Shown here one piece after another: positions 38,141 through 49,282 of a stretch of DNA of 64,000 bases. The first letter of the stretch is position 1. Each line of letters begins with the position of its first letter. A program made the translations under genes and the position numbers. Source of the DNA: Vicinamibacterales bacterium (GTDB lineage Bacteria > Acidobacteriota > Vicinamibacteria > Vicinamibacterales > SCN-69-37); the NCBI GenBank assembly GCA_039925145.1, contig JBDSZL010000087.1:50222-114221 (forward strand), written 5' to 3'. The notes under the pieces are model-generated. The model did no database searches, was not told the DNA's origin, and worked only from the letters and a program-made list of their open reading frames with translations.

Positions 38141-39087
38141 TGCTCGACGCGGCGTCGAAGGCCACGTTTTCGGTGCTGGCGGGCAGCACCGCACTCAAAG
38201 CCCTGGCGTCGCGCTACGGCATGCGACACCCGCACAGCTTTGCCCGGCGCTTCGTGGCCGGCGAGACAATGGAAGAGGCCATTGCCGTCGCGCGCGCGAT
38301 CGAGCAGCAGGGCCTCATGGTGACACTCGATCACCTGGGCGAGCAGGTCACCGCCGCCGATTCCGCGCTCTCGGCCACACACTGCTACATCGACATCATC
38401 AAGGCCGCGGCCGAAGCAGGGATCAGCCGCAACGTGTCGGTCAAGCTGACGCAGATCGGGCTCGACATCGATCGGGCCACGTGCATCGATAACCTTCGGC
38501 GGATCCTCGACGTCGCGAGCCAGCAGAACTTCTTCATCCGGATCGACATGGAGAGCTCGGCGTACACCCAGCAGACCTTCGACACCTTCGACAGCGTATG
38601 GGGACTCGGGTGCCGTGACGTAGGCGTGGTCATCCAGTCGTGTCTGCGGCGGTCGGCGGAGGATGTCCGGCGCGTCAATGCCATGGGCGCACGGGTTCGT
38701 CTGGTGAAGGGCGCGTACCGCGAGCCGAAGGAAGTCGCCTTTCAGCAGAAGGAAGACGTCGATCGTCAGTACATCGAGCTGATGGAACTGCTGCTGACCG
38801 CTGGCACCTACCCGGCGATTGCGACGCACGATCCGGTGATGATCGACGCAACCCGGCACTTCGCGGCCTCGCGTGGGCTGGGCCGTGAGGCGTTCGAATT
38901 CCAGATGTTGTACGGCGTGCGTCGGGACCTGCAGCGCACGCTCGCCGCCGAAGGATTTCCGTTCCGCGTCTACGTCCCCTTCGGCAAGGAGTGGTTTCCC
39001 TACTTCATGCGGCGCCTCGGCGAACGGCCCGCCAATGTGAGCTTCGTCCTGAAGAGCCTCCTCCGTGAACAGCGCTCGGAGGAGTGA
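38140..39087 (+). CDS. Monofunctional proline dehydrogenase
   Basis: RFVAGE, LDHLGE, SVKLTQIG, IDME, RLVKGAY, ATHD, QMLYG, YFMRRLGERPAN. Confidence 0.93.
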   Translation: MLDAASKATFSVLAGSTALKALASRYGMRHPHSFARRFVAGETMEEAIAVARAIEQQGLMVTLDHLGEQVTAADSALSATHCYIDIIKAAAEAGISRNVSVKLTQIGLDIDRATCIDNLRRILDVASQQNFFIRIDMESSAYTQQTFDTFDSVWGLGCRDVGVVIQSCLRRSAEDVRRVNAMGARVRLVKGAYREPKEVAFQQKEDVDRQYIELMELLLTAGTYPAIATHDPVMIDATRHFAASRGLGREAFEFQMLYGVRRDLQRTLAAEGFPFRVYVPFGKEWFPYFMRRLGERPANVSFVLKSLLREQRSEE

Positions 39088-39091
39088 AGAC

Positions 39092-39922
39092 GTGATTAAG
39101 GATCTCGCGGGCCGGGTCGTCGCAATCACCGGCGCGTCGGCTGGAATTGGAAGGGCGACCGCGGTGCGCGCGGCCGAGGCTGGAGCGCACGTGGTGCTCT
39201 CGGCGCGCCGCGCGGACCGGCTCGAGACGATCGTGCACGATATTCAGCGGGCCGGTGGTCAGGCCGTCGCCTGCCCAGGAGACGTCACTCAGCCAATCGA
39301 CATGCAGCATCTAGCGGCCGCGGCCATCAAGGCGTTCGGACGCATCGACGTCATGATCTGCAACGCCGGCATCGGCTACCACGGCGGACTCGAAGAGACA
39401 CCAGCCGAAGACATGCGCCGCGTCGTGGATGTGAATCTGATGGGGACGTTCTACGCCGCCCAGGCAGCGCTGATCGCCATGCGCCAGCAGGGATCCGGAC
39501 ACGTCATCGCGGTCTCGTCGATCGTCGGCCGAAGAGGCGTTGGAGGGTCGAGCGTGTACTCGGCGACGAAGGCCGCACAGGTGGCATTCATCGAGTCGCT
39601 GCGTGCGGATTTCGTGGGCACGGCATTTCACGCGTCGGTAATTTTCCCCGTGTCGACGACGACCGAATTCCACGAAGCGATGACCCGCGACTTCGGACAC
39701 CACGTCGAGGGCCGCGGCCCCAAGCAGTCTGCCGACACCGTAGCGCGCGCCATCGTCGCCTGCATCCGCGCTCCGAAAGCGGAGGTCTACCCGTTTCCCA
39801 AAGCCTGGTGGCTGGCCGTGCTGTCGGTGATCGCGCCTGGCCAGGCCGATCGCATCGTGCAGCGGTTTGGCCGTCGGCGGATCGCTGAGCACCCAGGTCC
39901 CCATGACGACGCCGGTTCCTGA
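39092..39922 (+). CDS. SDR family oxidoreductase
   Basis: TGASAGIG, CNAG, YSATK. Confidence 0.9.
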   Translation: MIKDLAGRVVAITGASAGIGRATAVRAAEAGAHVVLSARRADRLETIVHDIQRAGGQAVACPGDVTQPIDMQHLAAAAIKAFGRIDVMICNAGIGYHGGLEETPAEDMRRVVDVNLMGTFYAAQAALIAMRQQGSGHVIAVSSIVGRRGVGGSSVYSATKAAQVAFIESLRADFVGTAFHASVIFPVSTTTEFHEAMTRDFGHHVEGRGPKQSADTVARAIVACIRAPKAEVYPFPKAWWLAVLSVIAPGQADRIVQRFGRRRIAEHPGPHDDAGS

Positions 39923-41297
39923 AATCGTCGCTGCGCTGGCCGCCGCGATTCGTGTAGAAGGCGGGCGGGCGTTGATTGTGGGCGGCTGGGTCCGGGACGC
40001 CCTGCTCGGACTGACCTCGAAGGACGCCGATGTCGAGGTGTTCGGGATGGATGCCCCTCGCCTCCGCACGCTGCTCGACCGGTTCGGACGCGTGGACACG
40101 GTGGGCGAGAGCTTTACCGTGTTCAAGCTCGCCAACGTGGATGTGTCGCTGCCGCGTCGCGAGTCGAAAGTTGGCCGCGGCCACAAGGGGTTTGCTGTCG
40201 AAGGCGACCCCAGCCTGTCCATCGAGGAGGCGGCCCGACGGCGCGATTTCACGATCAACGCGATTGCGTTCGATCCGCTGACGGGCCAGCTGCTCGACCC
40301 CTTCGAAGGTCAGCGCGATCTGAACGCGCGTGTGCTGCGGGCAGTCGATCCCGTCACCTTCGTCGACGACAGCCTTCGCGTACTGCGCGCGCTGCAGTTC
40401 GCCGCGCGGTTTGATCTCGTGGTGGACTCCGGCACGCGCGAGCTGTGCCGCTCCATCGCGCTCGATGACCTGCCATCCGAGCGCATCTGGGGCGAGCTCG
40501 AGAAGTTGCTCCTGCTCGCCGATCGCCCATCGATCGGACTGGGCCTGGCTCTCGACCTGGGCGTGGTCGCACGACTCTGGCCGGAGCTGTTGCCGCTGAC
40601 CACCTGTCCGCAGGAGCCGGAATGGCACCCGGAAGGCGATGTGTGGACGCACACGCTGATGGTCGTCGACGAGGCACACAAGCGCATCACCGGGCTGGGC
40701 CGTGGGCCGGCCGTGGCCATGCTGCTCGCCGCCATCTGCCACGACATCGCCAAGCCCACGACCACGGCGGTGATCGACGGACGCGTGCGATCGCCGGGAC
40801 ACGAAGAGGCCGGCGTGGGACCGACGACGGCGCTGCTCGATCGTCTGAATCTTCATTCGCTCGACGGCTACGATGTGAGGCGTACGGTCCTGGGACTTGT
40901 GGCACAGCACCTGAAGCCCAGCGCCTTCTTCAAGGCGGCGCCACCGGTCAGCGATGGCGCATTCAGGCGTCTCGCGCAGAAGGTCGATTTGGAGCTGCTC
41001 GCGCTCTTCGCGCGGGCCGACTGTCACGGTCGAGCCGGGACGTTCGATTGCTCGGCAATGGACTGGTTCGTCGACCGGGCACGCACACTCGGCGTGCAGC
41101 ACGCAGCACCGGCGCCGGTAGTGCTCGGGCGACACCTCCTTCATCTGGGCGTGGCGCCGGGCCCGGCGATGGGTGTGTTGCTGAAAAAACTGTACGAGCA
41201 GCAGCTCGACGGCGACATCCGCACGCTGGAGGATGGGCTTCACTCCGCCGCGCGCTTGATTCAGGACAGCCAGGCCGGGACGTCGGGTTCCACATAG
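39903..41297 (+). CDS. cca: Class II tRNA nucleotidyltransferase (CCA-type) with HD domain
   Basis: VGGWVRD..DAD, RRDFTINA, DDSLRVLRALQF, ERIWGE, HPEGDVWTH, HDIAKP. Confidence 0.85.
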   Translation: MTTPVPEIVAALAAAIRVEGGRALIVGGWVRDALLGLTSKDADVEVFGMDAPRLRTLLDRFGRVDTVGESFTVFKLANVDVSLPRRESKVGRGHKGFAVEGDPSLSIEEAARRRDFTINAIAFDPLTGQLLDPFEGQRDLNARVLRAVDPVTFVDDSLRVLRALQFAARFDLVVDSGTRELCRSIALDDLPSERIWGELEKLLLLADRPSIGLGLALDLGVVARLWPELLPLTTCPQEPEWHPEGDVWTHTLMVVDEAHKRITGLGRGPAVAMLLAAICHDIAKPTTTAVIDGRVRSPGHEEAGVGPTTALLDRLNLHSLDGYDVRRTVLGLVAQHLKPSAFFKAAPPVSDGAFRRLAQKVDLELLALFARADCHGRAGTFDCSAMDWFVDRARTLGVQHAAPAPVVLGRHLLHLGVAPGPAMGVLLKKLYEQQLDGDIRTLEDGLHSAARLIQDSQAGTSGST

Positions 41298-41322
41298 GCA
41301 GCGTGTTGTACCCTTGGGACAA

Positions 41323-41958
41323 ATGCGATCGTCAGTGCTCGCGGTGTTGATGTGTTTGGTGTCGGCCGTGGCCGCGCATGCCCAGAGACCGGGGCCGATT
41401 TCGCCCTTTGTCGTGGACCTGCGCGGGTTCTACAGCGGGCTTGGCCAGGATCCGACCACCGCGAAGGACCTAGAACTCGAACCGATCCGGCTCCCGAAGC
41501 GCGGCCTCGGCGCCCTGGCGGGGCTGCACGTGTACCCGCTCAGAACCCGGACATTCGCGCTCGGCATCGGTGGCGAGGGGATGCTGGTTCGTGGCCGCTT
41601 TCAGTTGAAGGACACGGAGGGCAAGCCAGTCGATCTGCCCGCACAGCAACGTGTCAAGAGCCTGACCGGGCAACTCTCCATTAATTTCGGCTCCCACGAT
41701 GGCTGGAGCTATCTCACGGCCGGCATGGGTCCCATGATCTTAAAGACGTACGTCGGGGAAACCGCGCCTCTCGATCCCGCGCCGTCGAAGATGACCATCA
41801 ACATGGGCGGGGGTGCGCGATGGTTCGCCTCCCAGCATCTGGCATTCACGTTCGACGTGCGCTTCTACCAGACACGGCCAGAGGTGCTGACTCCGCCCTA
41901 TCCCAGCCGGCAGCGCATGCGCCTGCTGATTCTCTCCGCAGGCATCTCGGCGCGGTAG
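41323..41958 (+). CDS. Exported protein, probable outer-membrane beta-barrel
   Basis: Signal peptide AVAAHA-Q; amphipathic strands such as NMGGGARWF, FTFDVRFY, SAGISAR. Confidence 0.65.
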   Translation: MRSSVLAVLMCLVSAVAAHAQRPGPISPFVVDLRGFYSGLGQDPTTAKDLELEPIRLPKRGLGALAGLHVYPLRTRTFALGIGGEGMLVRGRFQLKDTEGKPVDLPAQQRVKSLTGQLSINFGSHDGWSYLTAGMGPMILKTYVGETAPLDPAPSKMTINMGGGARWFASQHLAFTFDVRFYQTRPEVLTPPYPSRQRMRLLILSAGISAR

Positions 41959-42002
41959 CGGAGTGGACCGATCTGTGCCACACATCCCCGGGCGCGGCGG
42001 TC

Positions 42003-44663
42003 ATGCGGCGTGAGACGCTCCTCGACTTCTTTGCCGATTTCAGCAATCGGCCTCAGACGTTCGTGGTCCACGACGATGGGTATCGGGTGCGGGAGGCGAG
42101 CTATCGCGACGTCGCCCTGGCGGCCCGACGGCTGGCAGGGCGCTTTGAAGCATTCCCGCTAGCGCCGGGCGAGAAGATCGTCATCTGGTCCGAGAACTCG
42201 GCCGAGTGGATCGTCGCGTTCTGGGCATGCCTGCTGGCGCGCGCGGTCCTCGTGCCTGTCGATTACCGGTCCACTGACGCACTGCTCGAGCGGATTTCAC
42301 AGACGGTCCGGGCGCGCCTGCTGCTCGTCGGCAATGAGGTTCGGCGTCCCGCGCTCGAGGTTCCAATCTGGACGCTGCGTGACGTCATCGACTGGCCAGC
42401 CGCACACATCACCCAGAATCCTGATGATCGCCTACCGCTGACTGGCGCAGGGGTGACCGCCGCAGGCGGGGCGGAGGGCGCAGCGAAGGTGACCGGTGCG
42501 ACCCTGGCCGAGATCATCTTCACGTCCGGTGCGACCGCCGATCCGAAAGGCGTCACCATCACGCACAGGAACGTCCTCGCGAACATCATCCCCATCGAGC
42601 GGGAGATCGCAAAATACCGGAAGTGGGCCCGGCCGTTCGAGCCCATCAGATTCCTGAATCTGCTGCCCCTCAGCCACATGTTCGGCCAGTCGCTGGCGAC
42701 GTTCGTCCCGCCCATGCTCTCGGGCACCGTGGTCTTTTCACACGGGTTCAGTCCTGTCGAGATCCTGCGTCAGATTCAGACGCGGCGCATCTCGGTGCTC
42801 GTGTGCGTCCCGAAGGTGCTCGACGTCCTTCGCGAGCACGTGCAGCGCGTGCTGCCTCACACAGGCCAGGCTGACCCGCTTGCTGGACGGCATTGGCTCT
42901 GGCGGTGGTGGCACTACCGCGACGTGCATCGCCTCTTCGGCTGGAAGTTCTGGTGCATCGTGTGCGGGGCCGCGCCACTGGATCCTGAGCTCGAAGCCTT
43001 CTGGCGCAAGCTGGGGCTCCCGGTCATTCAGGGCTACGGGCTCACCGAAACGGCGCCGGTCGTCACCCTCAATCATCCGTTCCGCGCATCGACCGGCACG
43101 GTGGGCAGTCCCATTGCAGGGGTGGAAGTGCGGATCGCGCCGGATGGCGAAATTCTCGTCCGTGGAGACAACGTGTCGTCGGGGTACTACGTCCCGGAGG
43201 GCGCCTCGACCCCGGCTGCGCCCGATGCAGATGCTTTCAGCGACGGCTGGTTCCACACCGGTGACATTGGAGCCCTCGACGCGTCAGGACGGCTGCTGAT
43301 CAAGGGCCGCAAGAAGGAGATGATCGTCACGCCACAGGGACTGAACGTCTTCCCTGAGGACATCGAACGCGTGCTTCTCGCTCAGCCTGGAGTGAAGGAC
43401 GCCGGCGTCATCGGGGTCCGGCACGAGGGAGAGGAGCGGATTCATGCCGTGCTCGTGCTCCACCCAGGCGCTGACGCGCAGGCCGTCGTTCGTGCCGCGA
43501 ACGCGCGACTGGAGGACCATCAGCGGATTTGGAGCGCCGACGAGTGGCCGGAGTCGTCTCTGCCGCGCACCGAAGGCACGCAGAAACTGAAACGGCGTGA
43601 ACTGCAGCACAAGCTGGCCAGCAGCCATGCCGACGCCGCCCCGTTTGCGACTGGCCGTCCCAGCACCGTCGCGGATGTGTTGAGCCGCTACGCCGCGGGC
43701 CAGGCAATCACACCGGCGACGACACTCGAAGAACTTGGCCTGAGCTCGCTGGATCGCGTGGAGCTGATGATGGCGCTGGAGGAAGTGTTCCAGACGACGC
43801 TCGACGAGAGCGCGATGGCAGGGCCACGAACGGTCTCAGACATCGAGGCACTGGTCGCACCGGCGAGCGACGGGGCCCAAGCGCTGCCTCGTGACTCGGG
43901 CAGGCAGGTCGGGGCGGTCGGTTCGACTCCCGCGGGTGATGACGTCGGCCGCGCGTCTGGCGCCGGTGTCTTGTCGCCCATCCGCGAGCCGTCGTGGAAC
44001 CGTTCGAGGCTGGCCTGGCTTCTCCGCCGCGCGAGCCTGCCGACGTGGATTCTTCCGCTCGGGCGGCTGTTCATGCGCATCGAGGTGCAGGGGTTACAGC
44101 ACCTGACGGCCATCCACGGACCTGTCCTGTTCGCGTCCAACCATCAGAGCCATCTCGACACCCCCGCGCTTCTCAGTGCCTTACCGCCTCGGTGGCGCTA
44201 TTGGCTGGCACCCGCAATGGCCAAGGAGTTCTTCCAGGCTCATTTCAATCCCAAAGCAGTTCCCCGGAAGACCTGGTTCACGAACAGCCTCAATTACTAC
44301 CTGGCGTGCGAGTTCTTCAACGCTTTCCCGCTGCCCCAGCGTGAAGCCGGCACGCGGCAGACGCTCCGGTATATCGGAGAGATCCTGGCCGGTGGCTACT
44401 CGGTGCTGATCTTCCCCGAAGGCAAGCGATCGGCAGACGGTCAGATCGGTTCCTTTCGCCCCGGCGTCGGCATGATTGCGTCGCGGCTGGACGTGCCAGT
44501 GGTCCCAGTCCGGCTCGATGGGCTCGACCGCGTGCTCCATTCCCGGATGCGGTTTCCCAAGCGGGGATTCGTGCGGGTTGCGTTTGGCGCGCCGCTCAGA
44601 CTGAGAGGCGAGGACTACAGAGCTTTGGCCCAGCAGGTCGAAGAGGCCGTGCGCAGGCTCTAG
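42003..44663 (+). CDS. Tridomain adenylation (AMP-binding) - ACP - PlsC acyltransferase protein
   Basis: FTSGATADPKG, QGYGLTE, FHTGD, GRKKE; ACP LGLSSL; NHQSHLD, FPEGKRS. Confidence 0.9.
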   Translation: MRRETLLDFFADFSNRPQTFVVHDDGYRVREASYRDVALAARRLAGRFEAFPLAPGEKIVIWSENSAEWIVAFWACLLARAVLVPVDYRSTDALLERISQTVRARLLLVGNEVRRPALEVPIWTLRDVIDWPAAHITQNPDDRLPLTGAGVTAAGGAEGAAKVTGATLAEIIFTSGATADPKGVTITHRNVLANIIPIEREIAKYRKWARPFEPIRFLNLLPLSHMFGQSLATFVPPMLSGTVVFSHGFSPVEILRQIQTRRISVLVCVPKVLDVLREHVQRVLPHTGQADPLAGRHWLWRWWHYRDVHRLFGWKFWCIVCGAAPLDPELEAFWRKLGLPVIQGYGLTETAPVVTLNHPFRASTGTVGSPIAGVEVRIAPDGEILVRGDNVSSGYYVPEGASTPAAPDADAFSDGWFHTGDIGALDASGRLLIKGRKKEMIVTPQGLNVFPEDIERVLLAQPGVKDAGVIGVRHEGEERIHAVLVLHPGADAQAVVRAANARLEDHQRIWSADEWPESSLPRTEGTQKLKRRELQHKLASSHADAAPFATGRPSTVADVLSRYAAGQAITPATTLEELGLSSLDRVELMMALEEVFQTTLDESAMAGPRTVSDIEALVAPASDGAQALPRDSGRQVGAVGSTPAGDDVGRASGAGVLSPIREPSWNRSRLAWLLRRASLPTWILPLGRLFMRIEVQGLQHLTAIHGPVLFASNHQSHLDTPALLSALPPRWRYWLAPAMAKEFFQAHFNPKAVPRKTWFTNSLNYYLACEFFNAFPLPQREAGTRQTLRYIGEILAGGYSVLIFPEGKRSADGQIGSFRPGVGMIASRLDVPVVPVRLDGLDRVLHSRMRFPKRGFVRVAFGAPLRLRGEDYRALAQQVEEAVRRL

Positions 44664-44822
44664 CCGCGCGGGCCCTGGGCGTCTGAAATCCGCGTTCTCC
44701 GCCCGCTGGCTCACCAGCGCACTCGGCGGTCGTGGGCGACGCGACCCACTACCGACTCGCCGCAAGTCGTGGGCTGTAAGTGGCTTTCGATGCTATGCTT
44801 GCGAGTTGAGAGGGCAGAGAAT

Positions 44823-45044
44823 TTGAGCAAGGACGACCTCATTGATATTCAGGGCACCGTCGTAGCCGTGCACAGCGGCGGGTTGTATCGCGTGCAGGTG
44901 GACTCAGGCGGTCACGAAGTTCTTGCCCAGCTCAGCGGCCGGATGCGCCGTTTTCGAATCAAGGTAGTTCCTGGAGATCGGGTGACTGTGGGCGTCTCGC
45001 CCTACGACCCGGTGCGAGGCATCATCACCTTCCGCGCTCGGTAG
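44823..45044 (+). CDS. infA: Translation initiation factor IF-1
   Basis: SKDDLIDIQGTV, LSGRMRRFRIKVVPGDRV, SPYD..RGIITFR; TTG start. Confidence 0.92.
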   Translation: MSKDDLIDIQGTVVAVHSGGLYRVQVDSGGHEVLAQLSGRMRRFRIKVVPGDRVTVGVSPYDPVRGIITFRAR

Positions 45045-45054
45045 CATTCAGCAC

Positions 45055-46326
<1,272 letters not shown>

Positions 46327-46354
46327 CGCTTCGCACAGGCGCCTGGCCCGGCGC

Positions 46355-47428
46355 CTATTCGAAGCGGCTGAGCACGACGTCGACGGAGCGGACGCCTTTG
46401 GGGGCGCTGCGCCACTGGACCATGATCGGTGTCTGGTAGGTCCCGTCCACCACGCGGCCGTGGCCGGGCGTGCGTGCATCTGACACCAGCAGGTCGACAG
46501 AGCGCCTCATGCGCAGAAACCGGGATGCCGGCACGGCAATGGCGCGTGCCAGAATACGCTCGACCTTCGACGCGCCGAGCCCCAGGGCGTCGACCAGCCG
46601 GTTGATGGCCTGCACCAAGTCGTACTGCGCGTAGTCAATCGCCCGGCCAGGCAGCGCGCGCGGGTCGTTCCAGGCGTGGCGGGCTTTCGCGGCCGCGAAT
46701 CGCAAGGGGTTGCGCAGCACTTCGGCCAGATCGTGCTGCATCAGCAGCGTCTCGTATTCGTTCACCGTGAGGCTCGCGTATTGCTCGCCGGACGCAAGCT
46801 CGAGCCGCACGCGGCCCTTCACGACTTCGTGGCGATCGATGAACTCCGCCAGCTGATCGTAGAGCCCGAGGGCAGGCTGCTTCAGATTGACCGCATTGAT
46901 GGGATGGGAAGACACGGGCACCTCTAACGTGGTGCGCGCGACCTCCGCCTCTGTGCTGTAGCCGACGAGCGTCGTCTGCCTGCGCCGCGGCGTGCCTTCG
47001 TACATGCCATCGAGGTCGATGAAATAAACGGGACCGGGCCGGCTCGTGGAATACGACACGCACGGGTTCAGGCCACTGGCGATGAACGCCAGATGCGAGT
47101 CGCCGTTGGTCGGCTCGATCTCACGTTGCTCGGGGCCGAGGTCGTCGCGTTCGTCGAGTTGGTCGTGGCGGTAGCCAGCGCCTTCCGGAAACGCGGTGCG
47201 GAACAGATCGACATAGCGCCCGACGCCCTGTGACCCGCCAGCCAGACGTGTGGCGAGACTCTGGGGGAGGTATCCGGCTGTCGTGTGAGGCGAAGAATAG
47301 AGACACCGCGGAAACGCCTCGAGAGCGTCACCATGCAGTTCCGCCGCGCGCGACCGGACGTCCATGACATCCACTCTGGCGCGAGGCGTGATCTCCAGTG
47401 TCAGTTCGACAGGTGCCACAGCCGTCAA
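46355..47428 (-). CDS. Hypothetical protein with two YjbQ/UPF0047-like domains
   Basis: PHTTAG, P..GYRH, NGDSHL, IDLDG..PRRR in the N-half; SLTVNE..DL and DGTYQ in the C-half. Confidence 0.65.
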   Translation of the reverse strand: MTAVAPVELTLEITPRARVDVMDVRSRAAELHGDALEAFPRCLYSSPHTTAGYLPQSLATRLAGGSQGVGRYVDLFRTAFPEGAGYRHDQLDERDDLGPEQREIEPTNGDSHLAFIASGLNPCVSYSTSRPGPVYFIDLDGMYEGTPRRRQTTLVGYSTEAEVARTTLEVPVSSHPINAVNLKQPALGLYDQLAEFIDRHEVVKGRVRLELASGEQYASLTVNEYETLLMQHDLAEVLRNPLRFAAAKARHAWNDPRALPGRAIDYAQYDLVQAINRLVDALGLGASKVERILARAIAVPASRFLRMRRSVDLLVSDARTPGHGRVVDGTYQTPIMVQWRSAPKGVRSVDVVLSRFE

Positions 47429-47462
47429 CGATCAGATTAAATGTAGCATAGCGGCGCGCCCG

Positions 47463-49253
47463 TCACGCGCGGCGGCGATGGTGCGCCGGCCCGGCGGACC
47501 TGGCGAGATTACGCGCCGTGTTGATGAGCGAGACGTGGGAGAACGCCTGGGGAAAATTGCCCAGCATTCTCCTCGCTATCGGGTCGTATTCCTCCGACAA
47601 CAGCCCCACATCGTTCGAAAGGGCGAGCAGTTGCTCGAACAGGGCCCTGGCTTCGCGGCGTCGTCCCTGGATCACATAGTTGTCTGCGAGCCAGAACGTG
47701 CACGCCAGAAAGACGCCTTCTCCGGCGGGCAGACCATCCACGTCGCCGTCCTCCGCCGTGGGATATCGGAACACGAACCCGTCCTGCACGAGCTCGCGTT
47801 CGATGGCCGCAACCGTGCCGAGCACGCGTGGATCGGTGGGCTTCAGAAAGCCCACCAGCGGGATCATCAGCAGGCTCGCATCGAGTTCCTTCGAGCCGTA
47901 GTACTGGGTGAATGTGTTCCTGGCGGTATCAAACCCCTGACGACAGACCTCCTGGTGGAGCGCGTCACGTTGCGCCCGCCAGCGGTCGACCGGACCGGAG
48001 AGTCGGCTTTGCTCGATTGCCTTGATGCCGCGATCGAAGGCGACCCACGCCATGACCTTGGAGTGGGTGAAATGGCGACGTCGCCCGCGGACTTCCCAGA
48101 TGCCCTCGTCCGGCTTGGGCCATGCCTGCTCCAGATACCCGAGAAGCGCCTGCTCGAGCGCCCATGCGTCGCTGTCGGCCTTGATGCCCTTGCGGCGAGC
48201 AACATGCAGCGCGTCCATCACCTCGCCGTACACATCGAGCTGCAGCTGGGCGGCGGCCGCGTTGCCGATTCGGACCGGGGCCGACTGTTCGTAGCCCGGC
48301 AGCCACGGCAACTCGAGCTCGGCCAGCCGCCGCTCGCCGGCCGGCCCATACATGATCTGCAGCTGAGACGGATCGCCGGCGACGGCACGCAGCAGCCAGC
48401 TCCGCCACGCGGCGGCCTCCTCGGTGTACCCGCAGCCCATTAGCGCGTAGAGGGTGAATGTGGCGTCGCGCAGCCAGCAGTACCGGTAATCCCAGTTCCG
48501 CACGCCGCCGATCCGTTCGGGCAGCGACGTCGTCGCCGCGGCGACAATCCCGCCTGTCGGCGAGTAGGTCAACGCCTTGAGCGTGATGACCGATCGCTGT
48601 ACTTGTTCCTTCCACGGCCCGTCGTACGCGTAGCGGCTGCCCCACTCGTGCCACCACTCTTCCGTGTCGCGCGCTGCTTCGAGGCCATCGACCGACTGGG
48701 GGCTGAGCAGGTGCGACGCGTGCCACATCAAGACGAACGGCACGTGCTCGCCGGCGTGGACGACGAATTCGGCTTCTGTGGTGAACCCGACACCGCGTGT
48801 CGGGACGGGTGCCCAGAGCGATACCGCATCTGGTCCGCCCACGGCGCGCAGCACGCCGTCGAGCATCCGCACCCACGGGACGATCGACCCGTAGTCGAAG
48901 CGGATGACGAGTTCCATCCGCATCCTGACTTCGCCAGAGACGCCTTCGACAATGCGAACCAGGTCTGGCTCGTTCTGGCGGGGCGGCATGAAGTCGACGA
49001 CCTTGACGGTGCCCGTCTCGGTGACGAACTCGGTCTCCAGGATGAGTGTCCCCGGGCGATACCGGCGGCTGACCCGAATCGTGTGTTCGGGGGCGATGAG
49101 CCATCGACCGTGCTCCGGCGTCCCCAGCAGGGCGGCAAAGCAGGCGCCCGAATCGAATCGCGGCAGGCACAGCCAGTCGATGGACCCGTCTCGGCCGACG
49201 AGCGCGGCCGTCTGCATGTCGCCGATGAGGGCGTAGTCTTCGATACGCTGCAC
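47463..49253 (-). CDS. Glycoside hydrolase family 15 (trehalase/glucoamylase-like)
   Basis: DGSIDWLCLPRFDS, TSLPE, RNWDYRYCWLRDA, QLDVYGE, GIWEVRG, LSEE, GNFPQAFSH. Confidence 0.93.
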   Translation of the reverse strand: MQRIEDYALIGDMQTAALVGRDGSIDWLCLPRFDSGACFAALLGTPEHGRWLIAPEHTIRVSRRYRPGTLILETEFVTETGTVKVVDFMPPRQNEPDLVRIVEGVSGEVRMRMELVIRFDYGSIVPWVRMLDGVLRAVGGPDAVSLWAPVPTRGVGFTTEAEFVVHAGEHVPFVLMWHASHLLSPQSVDGLEAARDTEEWWHEWGSRYAYDGPWKEQVQRSVITLKALTYSPTGGIVAAATTSLPERIGGVRNWDYRYCWLRDATFTLYALMGCGYTEEAAAWRSWLLRAVAGDPSQLQIMYGPAGERRLAELELPWLPGYEQSAPVRIGNAAAAQLQLDVYGEVMDALHVARRKGIKADSDAWALEQALLGYLEQAWPKPDEGIWEVRGRRRHFTHSKVMAWVAFDRGIKAIEQSRLSGPVDRWRAQRDALHQEVCRQGFDTARNTFTQYYGSKELDASLLMIPLVGFLKPTDPRVLGTVAAIERELVQDGFVFRYPTAEDGDVDGLPAGEGVFLACTFWLADNYVIQGRRREARALFEQLLALSNDVGLLSEEYDPIARRMLGNFPQAFSHVSLINTARNLARSAGPAHHRRRA

Positions 49254-49282
49254 GGTGTGTCGGGCTGCCGACGGGCTCCCCG

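Noticed and set aside
44664-44822. Hairpins upstream of infA considered as a riboswitch or thermometer
   Set aside because: No recognisable aptamer, and they lie upstream of a likely -10 (TATGCT), so probably outside the infA leader
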